Shown here: piece after piece, positions 34,967 to 44,812 of the stretch
Numbering within the stretch: position 1 is the stretch's first letter
Layout of the letters: every line of letters starts with the position of its first letter
The notes under the pieces: model-generated
Told to the model about the DNA's origin: nothing
Seen by the model: only the letters and a program-made list of their open reading frames with translations
Databases searched by the model: none
Origin: Thecamonas trahens ATCC 50062
Lineage: Eukaryota > Protista > Apusomonadida
NCBI RefSeq assembly: GCF_000142905.1
Contig: NW_013657648.1
Location: 1-64,000 of the forward strand
Direction of reading: 5' to 3'
Length of the DNA stretch: 64,000 bases
Position numbers and translations under genes: made by a program

Positions 34967-35710
34967 GAAGACTCGTCGACCTCAACTCAACAGAGACGGC
35001 GTAGCCAAGTAGAGCAACGTCCTCGCGCTTTGGGAAAAACAGGTCTCAGAAGGCAATACCAATAGCACACAGTATGTATGTGAACAACCAACTCTATCTC
35101 ACGGACATCCAAACCATTCATTGCTCTGTGAGTGTGTGCGGGAGGTCGCTTAGCCCGGCACGCGTGCCAAGATTGCCATCAACCACACCGCCAGCAAGGG
35201 GGGGAGGGGAGGTCGGGGGTGGGGCGCAGGCGGGGCGTCAGGCATCACATGAAGCGACCTGACACCCTCAGAGAGAGCGGACATGCAACCACCATCGTCC
35301 AATCTATCCCCCGACCATCCTACATACATACATCCCTTCCCCTACCTCTCCCTGTCCCCAACACCTGCCTTCCTCGCCCCTGGCTTGGCCAACGACACAA
35401 AAACGCCGTTCCGAGGCTTGCCAGTCCTCCTCTGCTCCAGGAAAGGGGACAAGGGGAAGGAGAAGGGGAGGGAGAGGGAGAGGGGAAAGAGGAAGGGTAG
35501 TGGTGGTACATGAACAGGGAGTGTGTGACTTGCCCTGTCTCCACACTCTCCTTCCCTCCCCACCCCCCGCCATACCCACTCTCACACTAAATGCCCCCCC
35601 CTGCCCCCCCCCCTCATTGCAACGGGGGCGACCAACACCTGTGAATGCTATTCATGCTTACGTACCTGAGAGAGGCGTTGGCGAATCCGCAAATACATTT
35701 CCCGTTCCAC

Positions 35711-36488
35711 TTATATCTTTACCGTACGGAATGGACAATTTGTCCATCGCGCAAGCCCCGCTTCGCAACACTCCACAGACGTCGCAACGTCCATGGATTG
35801 TTGTAAGAGAGTAGTACAATGTGGTAGTGGCTGCCACAACAGAACACAGCCGGCGATGCAGAGATGGACGCCGCACGCGGCGCAAAAGGTCTGCGGCCGC
35901 GATCGCTTACCATGAAGCTTCTGGCAGGCGAGACAGTCGCGTCGCAGAGCGGCTTGTTGGGGAATGTGGTGATGACGAGCAGCCGCTGCAGCCGGTCGCT
36001 TTCGCTTGCGCGACGGCGCGGAGCTGACGACGACGGCGCTGGCGGCGAGGGCGTCGATGATGTCGTGGAGAAAAGCCACACGAGCCATGGCGGGTCGTGG
36101 GCTCGCGTCAGCGCAGCGCGCGTACGCGTTGATGGGCGCGGCGTCCAGATTCCAGTTCAAGATGGCGTGCCGCCCCTTGCGCGGCTACGCCGACCGGCAA
36201 GCTCGTCCGTCGCAAGACATCCTCGCGCTCTCCCGTCCGGCCGCTGTGTTCAACTCTGGCATGCTCTCCTTCCCGGTCGTCGGGGTCGTCACCGCGACGG
36301 CAACTCGGGCATCCTTCAGGCAGACGTCTACGTGTCGGCCGCCATCACGTGCAGGCGCGCCTCCCACCTCAAGCCGCAGGCCAAGCAGGCGTCGCGCAGC
36401 GTCAGCCGGTGACCTGAAAGTCGAGCACCATCGAGTTCTCCACTTTGAGACGCGCGACAACGCGTCCGAACGACCGTACCGCTAAGGG
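35711..36488 (-). mobile_element. Decayed piggyBac-like transposase fragment (C-terminal part)
   Basis: VCLKDARVAVAVTT (WxDxxxVxxxST-like), an in-frame stop at ~36185, RK..AILNWNLDAAPINAY, and a terminal Cys-rich finger CLAC..RSRPQTFCAACGVHLCIAGC typical of piggyBac transposases. Weak possible inverted ends at 35715-35729 and 36474-36488. Confidence 0.7.
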
Positions 36489-36636
36489 TTGTTTGTTGCC
36501 CCCTCCCCCACTCCTCCTTGCCTCCATCTCAAGCTCAATCTCGTCATCGACCCAGCCGAGTGCCACGTCTATCACCTAGTGCTACGCTGCCGTCCACATC
36601 CATCCAATGAGCCCAACCTGCGCCTGCGCATGAGCC

Positions 36637-37206
36637 GCTCCAACCCGCGGCGACCCAGAGATGGCCCCGGCCAAACCCGCCCACCTTCCGCGCACCCCTC
36701 GCCACGATCACATACCATCCATCAGATCACCACTATCGTCCATCTTCCCCCCCTCTCCCGCATCCGATACGCCACCCTGCTAGCCCTGCTACACCCGCAT
36801 GTGGCATGCGCACGCTTCGCCACTGTAGCCTCTTCGACCACACCTCTCGCCACCTCACCCTCACCCGACCGCAGCCATGGCGGCAACGGCTCAAACAGAG
36901 ATACCGACGCTGGCAGTGGGAGCTCCAACCCGCGGCGACCCAGAGATGGCCCCGGCCAAACCCGCCCACCTTCCGCGCACCCCTCGCCACGATCACATAC
37001 CATCCATCAGATCACCACTATCGTCCATCTTCCCCCCCTCTCCCGCATCCGATACGCCACCCTGCTAGCCCTGCTACACCCGCATGTGGCATGCGCACGC
37101 TTCGTCACTGTAGCCTCTTTGACCACACCTCTCGCCACCTCACCCTCACCCGACCGCAGCCATGGCGGCAACGGCTCAAACAGAGATACCGACGCTGGCA
37201 GTGGGA
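36637..37206 (+). repeat. 285-bp tandem duplication of the kinase gene's upstream region and first 15 codons
   Basis: Copies 36637-36921 and 36922-37206 are identical except for two C/T differences that I can see. Confidence 0.95.
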
Positions 37207-39578
37207 GACTTGGTGGTGCGGGAGAAGCTCGGGTCAGGCAACTTTGGCACGGTGTACAGGGCAGAGGTCGGCGGCAAGACCGTGGCGGTGAAGAAGCTCC
37301 GCTACGCGGTGACCGACACGGCGTCGAGCTCGGCTGTCTCGCTCGAGATCGGCTTTCTCAAGACGCTCGATCACCCTCATGTTGTTCGTCTCATTGCACT
37401 GGCAGTCCCCGATGCCGCTGCCACCCCTTCGGGGCCTGGCCGCGGCCCGTCGCCGCCGTCGTCAAGCCTCCCGCCGTCTCGTGCCTCCCGCCGCCTCCGC
37501 CGCATGCACTCGCGCTTGGCTGGCCGTGCAGACGGCGCCGCGGGGCTTTATCGCGACAGCGGGAGTGACGACGATGACGCCGCGTGCGCAGCGAAGAGTG
37601 AGGTGGACGACTCGCCCAAAGCTGGGACCGCGGCGCGGAGCACGCTGAGTGCCCGCGCCCGGCGCGAGATCTGGCTCATCATGGAGTATGTCGAGCGCGG
37701 CTCACTGTTCAAGGTCCTCCACGCTGCTCATCCGCCGCCGTGGAAGCTGCGGCTTCGGTGGGCGCGCGAGATTGCGGTTGTCATGGGCATGCTCCACACC
37801 CACGCGCCGTGCATTCTCCACCGCGACTTGACCTCCGAGAACGTGCTCGTCACCCTCGACGACCACATCAAGCTCACTGACTTTGGCCTCTCGGTTGACG
37901 AGGGCAGCGGCGCCAAGATCCTCCGCTCATTCAAGCCAGCATATGCCGCGCCCGAGGTCTGGGACGCGCTGCCGTACACCCGGGCCTCGGACGTCTTCTC
38001 GTTTGGCGTCGTTCTCTACGAGCTCGCCACGCTGCAGGATCCTGTCACGGCGCTTCGCCAGGGCCACGGTGTGCTTGAGCCACCCGCGACAGTGCCAGCT
38101 GCCGAGCCGCAGGTCCCCGCCCGCGGCTCGGGCGCGTCGTCGTCGTCGTCGCAGCCGGGGCCGTCGGCGTCGCATCCTGGGCCGTCGATTCCGCCACGAC
38201 GGACAAGCACGCCGGCCGAGGCCGCCGACGCGCTGGCGGCCATCCAGGGTCTTGCTCCGCCGTCGCTCGGCTCCGAGTCCGGCGTCTACACCGAGCACTC
38301 GGAATCGGTTGTCTCCGAGTCAGAGGCCTCGATTGTCTCGTTCTCGCGGCAGGTCTCGCAAGCCGTCCGCCTCTCGCCGCTAGTTGTCCCGTCGAGCGTG
38401 CCGTACGAGCTCACTGCCATCATCCAGCAGTGTTGGACCGAGGCGCCAGAGCGGCGGCCGTCGGCCCAGCAGATCCTCACGCTCCTGCCCGATGTGGCGG
38501 CTGACGACTCGCAGGCTGCCGCGTCGCTGGCTGCCGCGTCGCGCGCGGCCGACTACGCATTCGAAGCGGCACCAGCTCTTGTCCTCGGCTCGCCGCTGCA
38601 GCCAGTCTCGACCGTTGCCTTTGCGCGACAGCTCGAGCCTGTCCGCTTTGGCTACGCGTGCATGGACGGCTCGATCCATCTGGTCTCGGGCGTAGAGGAC
38701 GGCGACGAGTCGAAAGTAGCGCTGAGCGGGCACACCAAGGCCGTGACCGACTTTGACTGGTCGCTCTCGGGCGACTTTGTGGTCTCGGCCTCGCTCGACA
38801 AGACGGCGCGGGTGTGGGACGCGTTCTCTGGCACCACGTTGCGGATTGTGTACGGCAAGGCGGAGCTTTTCGCCATCCGCTTCCACCCCCTCAACAACAA
38901 CCTGTTTGTCGTCGGCTCGATGGACAAGCTGCTCAAGGTCTTCAACATGTCGACCGGCAAGTCGATGGCCAAGAGCCGGCTGTCGGGCGCGGTCACAGCG
39001 CTAAGCTTCAACCCGAACGGCACCCAGGCTTTGCAGGCGACGCCAACGGCATGCTGTATGCGTACTCGCTCTCGTCGAGCAGCGGCAAACTCCGCGAGGC
39101 TGTGCGCATCCTTGCTGCCCGCGGGCGCGGCATCTCCTCGCTCGACTACGCCGTCCACTACACGCTGCGCTCGTCGGTCAACGTCGTCCTCGCCGCCTGC
39201 CGCGACAAGATGGTCCGCGTCTTTCGGGTCTCGTCCTCGGGCTCAGTATTTACCCCGCTCACCCAGTTCCTGGTCTTTCAGACCAATCTAGCTCTCCGCG
39301 CCAAGTTCTGCCCGACGGCTTCGCTTGACAATCTCGGCCTCTGCTTCACCGTCGGCTCGGAAGCCGGGGCCGTCACCGTCTACAGCACCTCGGCCGATCG
39401 CGACGATGCCGACGACGGGCCCAGGACCGAGCTCGTCACCCGCCTCGACGGCCACGCAGCTGCCGTCGTCGACCTCGCCTGGTCTGCCGATGGCCGCTGG
39501 CTCGCCTCGGGCGACGTCGACGGCCGCGTCCTCGTCCGTCGCCGCCATCTTCCAGCCGACGATCCCGAGCTTCTCTAG
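37162..39578 (+). CDS. TKL-type protein kinase fused to WDR13-like WD40 propeller; frameshift at ~39031
   Basis: Kinase: LGSGNFGTVY, VAVKK, HRDLTSEN, DFG, APE, SDVFSFGVVLYE, CW..PERRPS. WD40: GHTKAVTDFDWSLS, FHPLNNNL, NMSTGK, FAGDANG, AKFCP, GHAAAVVDLAW, LASGD. One extra T at 39030-39032 joins the two ORFs. Confidence 0.9.
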
Positions 39579-39586
39579 CCTCCTGC

Positions 39587-39802
39587 CTACTCGCCCTCGC
39601 TCTTGCCCTCGCCCGATGCGATCCGCTTCTGCGCCTCTTCAGCAAACACTCTCTGCCGCTCCTTGTACTCTTCCCATGCTGCCCGCTTCTCCGGCCCGCC
39701 CAGGTACCGGTTGTACAGCGGCACACCAGCGAGGACCATGACCGGGACCGCCCACTGCGCCACACGGAGGACTGCCGACCGACGCACCGCCCGCATGACC
39801 AT
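39587..39802 (-). CDS. Small single-pass membrane protein (hypothetical; start uncertain)
   Basis: MVMRAVRRSAVLRVAQWAVPVMVLAGVPLYNRY followed by a charged helical tail, with coding-like codon usage. Confidence 0.45.
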   Translation of the reverse strand: MVMRAVRRSAVLRVAQWAVPVMVLAGVPLYNRYLGGPEKRAAWEEYKERQRVFAEEAQKRIASGEGKSEGE

Positions 39803-40236
39803 GAGTATCCCATATCCTCCTCCTCCTCCCCCACCAACCACCTCCCCCCCTCCCCTCCCTCCCGTACACTGCAGCCGCTCAGCCGTCCAGAACGTCATCC
39901 TCCTCTCCAAGTCGTGTGTGGCCCACTCGGAAGCTGCTGCCCCTCCCTCCCTCCCCACCCAGCTTATAGCCATGATGTCCCAAGCCAATCAGCCGCAACG
40001 AGGTGATGATCATCGACACAAATCAACACAGAAAAACACATATCAACGCGCACATAGCCCCCCCCCCCCCCCCCCTCCCCGCCCCCCCGCCTCCGCCGCC
40101 TAACCATCGTTCATCCATGTTGCCAATCCAAGCTCCCACAGGCCCTGCAGCCCCGTGACCCCGACTGACCTGCCGGCTGACCTGACACGGACACACCTCA
40201 CTTGCACACGTTACAGTACATAGGACTGAAGACAAT

Positions 40237-40962
40237 ATGGCTACAGGTGGTATGCGGTTTGGTATGGCCAACGGAGAAATGAACTGGGATGCGGTAAAGG
40301 CCATGGACGCGGTGACGCCGGCCGTCCAGGCTCATCTCGTCGACGTGTACTCGCTGCTGACCTTTGGTGTGGCCATGGCCGCATTTGGTACCTTTACCCA
40401 CCTGGCGTTCAACATTGGTGGCGTGCTCACGACGCTTGGCGCTCTGGCAGCGCTGATGTACATCGGCGCGACCGACAAGAACGATCAGTCGTCGCGCAAG
40501 GCCGGCTTTGTGGCCTTTACCTTTTGCAAGGGCGCATCCATCGGCCCGCTCGTCGGCCTTGTCCTCCTGCAGGACGCCTCGCTCGTCCTGATGGCGCTTG
40601 TCGGCACCGTCGCCGTCTTTGCCGCCTTTACTGCCATGGCCATGTACGCCCCGCGCCGGCAGGTCCTCCTCTTTGGTGGCATGCTCTCGTCGGCCATCAC
40701 TGGCCTCCTCGTCCTCTCCATCGCTAACCTGTTCATCGGCTCATCGGCTCTCTTTACCGCCCAGCTCTGGGTCGGCCTCTGCGTCTTCTCCGGCTTTGTC
40801 GCCTTTGACACCCAGCTGATGATCGAGAAGGCCGCCCGCGGCGACCGTGACGCCGTCTGGCACGCCGTCGAGCTCTTCATCGACTTTGTCGCTATCTTTG
40901 TCCGCATTCTCATCATCCTCTCGCGGAACAAGAAGAAGGAGAGCCGCCGCGAGCGCCGCTGA
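40237..40962 (+). CDS. TMBIM6: Bax inhibitor-1 (TMBIM6)
   Basis: VQAHLVDVY, FCKGASIGPL, FDTQLMIEKA..GDRD..WHAVELFIDFVAIFVRILIIL and a basic tail. Confidence 0.96.
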   Translation: MATGGMRFGMANGEMNWDAVKAMDAVTPAVQAHLVDVYSLLTFGVAMAAFGTFTHLAFNIGGVLTTLGALAALMYIGATDKNDQSSRKAGFVAFTFCKGASIGPLVGLVLLQDASLVLMALVGTVAVFAAFTAMAMYAPRRQVLLFGGMLSSAITGLLVLSIANLFIGSSALFTAQLWVGLCVFSGFVAFDTQLMIEKAARGDRDAVWHAVELFIDFVAIFVRILIILSRNKKKESRRERR

Positions 40963-40993
40963 TCCCTCTAAACGCCATTCCCTTCCATCGTCC

Positions 40994-41665
40994 TCACGCC
41001 ACAAACTCCGCCAGCGCCATCGAGTACACGATCTCAAAGTGGGCAAAGATCTCCATTTTGACCGGCAAGCCCGGCACATCACTTGAGTAGTACATCCGCC
41101 GCCGCATCTCCCCGACGTCGTCGGTGAGTGAGTAGCAGGTGGCAGCATAGACGGCTGCGGGCGTCTCAACCTCGCGCCCAGGAATGATGGCTGTGACGTC
41201 TGCCCGCGACGCGCCCTTGCTCGCCATCTCCTCCCAGCTCTGCGAGTACTCGGCCTTGGCCGCGATTCCCTCGGGCACCGGAAATCGAGATCCGGCCGCA
41301 GCTACCTCGGCCTTGGGCACAGGAACCACGCCGTCCGGCAGCGGCCACTCGTAGTCTCTCACCGTTGCCCCGTCGTCGTCGCACGCCACCACCTCCATCC
41401 GCAGCATGCTTGTCTCGCCCGCCCGCTTGTCGCCCACCACATACGTGTACGCTGTCCCCACCCGCACCGCCGCCCGGATCTCGTCAGCCGTAAACGGCTG
41501 CGGTGCCAGCTCTAGCGCGTCCAGCTCGAGCTCCACGTCATCCGCACCGTCGTCGCCGTCGTCGCCGCCATCGCCGTCGTCGCCGTCGTCGCCGCCACCC
41601 TCCACATCCCCGTCTTCCACAGCCACTGCAGCTGGCACCTCCGGCTCGTCACCAGCAGCCGACAT
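40994..41665 (-). CDS. Hypothetical protein resembling an uncharacterised bacterial family
   Basis: Intronless ORF with an acidic leader, then PQPFTADEIRAA, SWEEM, EVETPAA.Y...Y and YYSSDVPGLPVKME. Confidence 0.7.
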   Translation of the reverse strand: MSAAGDEPEVPAAVAVEDGDVEGGGDDGDDGDGGDDGDDGADDVELELDALELAPQPFTADEIRAAVRVGTAYTYVVGDKRAGETSMLRMEVVACDDDGATVRDYEWPLPDGVVPVPKAEVAAAGSRFPVPEGIAAKAEYSQSWEEMASKGASRADVTAIIPGREVETPAAVYAATCYSLTDDVGEMRRRMYYSSDVPGLPVKMEIFAHFEIVYSMALAEFVA

Positions 41666-41853
41666 GGTCAAGTCTGCCCCACCCACGCTGCAGCTCCGCA
41701 GCCCCGTCGCTTCGTCGCCCCACCGTCCAAAGCCCAAGCTCATTCATTCGTTGGCTCTCCATCACCAACATAGGCCAGTCCTTGGCCCGGTCTGACCCCC
41801 ACTCCTCCTCCCCCCTACACCTCCGCCGTTTCTTGCCACACTTCACCCACAAC

Positions 41854-43295
41854 ATGGACACACCATCTGCAGCAGTTGATATTCCGGCGCGTGACGCCGC
41901 TGCGGGCTCGACCATTGTGGCGACACTGTCCCACTCGCCTGGCAAGCTCGCCGACGTTGTGGACGTCTTTCGGGAGCACTCGGTGAACATGTCGCGCATT
42001 CGTTCACGGCCGTCTGCCGTCAACGCTGAGGAGTACGACATCGAGATCGACGTCAACGGTGTCGACGAGGAGACCTTCAGCTCGCTCATCACCGCCCTGC
42101 CTGCCAAGCGCGTCACCCATCTTGCCACCAATGGTACGTCCATGTCCTTCCCCCCCTCCCCCCCTCCCCCGCTCCCCTCCGTGGCACTGCGTCAGCAAAA
42201 GGTCGCACTAACCGATTACGATCGATCACACCACGGCGCACGTGATCATGGCCACCCCACCCCCCCCCCCGCCCCTCACCCACAGACGTACCATGGTTCC
42301 CACGATGCGAGGCGGACCTCGATGAGTCTGTCAAAGACGTGTGGGGCTACGGCGCTGAGCTCGACGCGGACCACCCAGGCTTCACCGACGAGGCGTACCG
42401 GGCTCGGAGGGAGAAGTTTGCGGAGACGGCGTACTCGACGCGGCACAAGGACCAGATGCCGCGGTTCGAGTACAATGAGGAGGAGACGGCGACATGGCGC
42501 ACGATCTATACCAAGCTCAAGGAGCTCCATCCGACGCACGCGTGCAAGGAGTTCATCGCTGCGTTCAACCTGCTCGAGGCCCGCGGCGTCTACTCGCCCG
42601 ACACTATTCCGCAGCTCGCCGAGGTCTCGGACTTTCTGCAGTCGTCAACGGGCTTCCGCCTCCGCATTGCGCCTGGCCTCATCTCGTCGCGGTCGTTCCT
42701 CAACGCGCTCGCCTTCCGCACCTTCTTCTGCACCTCGTACATCCGCCACTCGTCGACGCCGATGTACACGCCCGAGCCCGATGTGTGCCACGAGCTGCTC
42801 GGCCACGTTCCGCTCTTTGCCAACCTCGAGTTTGCTCAGTTTTCGCAAGCCATCGGCCTTGCCTCGCTCGGCGCTACCGACGACGACATCAAGAAGCTGG
42901 CGACGCTCTACTGGTTCACCGTCGAGTTTGGCGTGACTCGCGAGGAGGGTGGCATCCGCGCCTACGGCGCCGGCCTCCTCTCCTCGTTTGGCGAGCTGCA
43001 GTACTGCACTTCGGACGAGCCCGAGCACCGCCCGCTCGACCTGGAGGCCGCCGCCACCCAGGAGTACCCCATCACCTCGTTCCAGCCGGTCTACTTTGTG
43101 GCCGACTCGTTTGCCAACATGGCCACCGCCCTGCATTCGTGGGCCATGCGCCTCGACCGCCCGTTTGCCGTCACATTCGACCCCTACACCCGCCGTGTCA
43201 TCGTCCTCGAGTCCAAGCAGGAGATTATGCGTCTGATCAAGAACGTCAACTCGGAGCTCTCGATCCTCACCCGGGTCCTCGAGCACGTCCTCTAA
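41854..43295 (+). CDS. PAH: Phenylalanine-4-hydroxylase (biopterin-dependent aromatic amino acid hydroxylase) with ACT domain
   Basis: ACT exon (PGKLADVVDVFREHSVNMSRIRSRPS), intron 42134-42285, then DVPWFPR, GAELDADHPGFTD, YTPEPDVCHELLGHVP, YWFTVEFG, AYGAGLLSSFGEL and QPVYFVA. Confidence 0.96.
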
Positions 43296-43368
43296 GTCTG
43301 CAACGACCACCCACGCTCGCAGTGACTGCTCCCGCTAGCCATTTGTTAACACAGCCACGTTGTTTATC

Positions 43369-44172
43369 TCACGAGTGCAGGTCCGGCAGGTACGCGATCG
43401 CCAGCAGCCGCCAGCCGTCGAGTAGGCAGAGGATCATCATCGACGCCGCAAACGACTCGATAACAGCCTGCTTGAGGCTCCAGGTCTCGGCAAGAGCCTC
43501 ATCGAGCCGCCAGAACATGGGGAACGAGACCACAAAGTACAAGCCATAGAACATCGAGCCGACCGAGAGCATGTACGCACGGTCCTTAAAGTAGTACATG
43601 TCGTCAATCGATGACACGCCGAGCGTCTCGCCCATGGCAGTGGCGTAGGCGAGGACCACGACCGCGACCGCCACGGCGAGCGTCCGCATCACGCCGGGCG
43701 CCATGCCCGAGTGGATCCGCCGCAGGATGGGCGTGATGAGCGCGTGGTACGAGATGAAGAACCCGATGGTGAGGACGTGCATGATGAGCGGAATGTTCGC
43801 CACCCGCCACTGCACAGACTCAAAGGTGTAGCCGCCGTCAAAGAGCTCAAACAGCAGCGGCGTGTAAAAGTGGTTGGCAAGGAAGGAGAAGATGGTAATC
43901 CACACAAAGGCCTTGAACCAGTACTGCTCACTGAGTGGCTTGGCCGCATCCGGCGGCCCCATCCCGGGCGCCATAATGCTCAGCAGCCACGGGATGACGG
44001 CCACAGGCGCTGACACCGCCACCGCAAACGTCATGTACTCGACATCGCCCCAGGTGCGGAAGACCTCACTCAGCATGACCGTCCCAAACGAGATCAGCCA
44101 GTAAACGCCGTAGCAGAGCGAGAACTTCTCCATCCATGCCTTGGACGGCTTTTCTGCAAACCAGCGCGCCAT
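43369..44172 (-). CDS. CPI1: Cycloeucalenol cycloisomerase (cyclopropylsterol isomerase)-like membrane protein
   Basis: W.A..PSK.W.E.F, YWFKAFVWITIFSF, YTF, ETL, YYFKDR..M..VGSMFYGLYFVVSFPMFWRLDE and LLDGWRL are collinear with plant CPI1. Confidence 0.85.
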   Translation of the reverse strand: MARWFAEKPSKAWMEKFSLCYGVYWLISFGTVMLSEVFRTWGDVEYMTFAVAVSAPVAVIPWLLSIMAPGMGPPDAAKPLSEQYWFKAFVWITIFSFLANHFYTPLLFELFDGGYTFESVQWRVANIPLIMHVLTIGFFISYHALITPILRRIHSGMAPGVMRTLAVAVAVVVLAYATAMGETLGVSSIDDMYYFKDRAYMLSVGSMFYGLYFVVSFPMFWRLDEALAETWSLKQAVIESFAASMMILCLLDGWRLLAIAYLPDLHS

Positions 44173-44312
44173 CTGTGCAACCCTGCCCCACCCCACCCCA
44201 CCCCAGCCCCAGGACATTCCCCATGCGTGAGCTCGACCACATCGCCACTATCAGCCCAAAGAAGTCTGAGCCATGAAGAACATCATACCCACGACGACAA
44301 CTATGGCCATGA

Positions 44313-44313
44313 T

Positions 44314-44370
<57 letters not shown>
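44313..44370. repeat. (ATGACG)n hexanucleotide microsatellite
   Basis: Directly visible. Confidence 0.95.
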
Positions 44371-44533
44371 TGCCATGCCCACTGTCCACGACGGTGACGA
44401 CGACAACCACGACCACGTCCACTGCAACCCCCCACCACCACTACAGCCCCCCCGCTCCTAGTGAAGGAATCGTGTGGGCGCCAAGCCAAGACTGAGCGCC
44501 AGGTTTAGGAGCCAAGTAGCATGCCGTCTTGCT

Positions 44534-44790
44534 NNNNNNNNNNNNNNNNNNNNNNNNNNNNNNNNNNNNNNNNNNNNNNNNNNNNNNNNNNNNNNNNNNN
44601 NNNNNNNNNNNNNNNNNNNNNNNNNNNNNNNNNNNNNNNNNNNNNNNNNNNNNNNNNNNNNNNNNNNNNNNNNNNNNNNNNNNNNNNNNNNNNNNNNNNN
44701 NNNNNNNNNNNNNNNNNNNNNNNNNNNNNNNNNNNNNNNNNNNNNNNNNNNNNNNNNNNNNNNNNNNNNNNNNNNNNNNNNNNNNNNNNN
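44534..44790. other. Assembly gap (N run)
   Basis: Run of N bases just upstream of the voltage-sensor RasGEF gene. Confidence 1.
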
Positions 44791-44812
44791 CCCCCACCCC
44801 ACCCCACCCGCT

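Noticed and set aside
33042-35012. 656-aa Gly-rich, silk- or collagen-like ORF (and the 417-aa ARRLVVRP ORF)
   Set aside because: These are alternative-frame readings of the RasGEF proline repeat.
13326-44172. Lipid-metabolism gene cluster (FARAT, UGCG, ACBP, PhyH-like, CPI1)
   Set aside because: The genes belong to different pathways and are interspersed with unrelated genes; chance co-location is sufficient.
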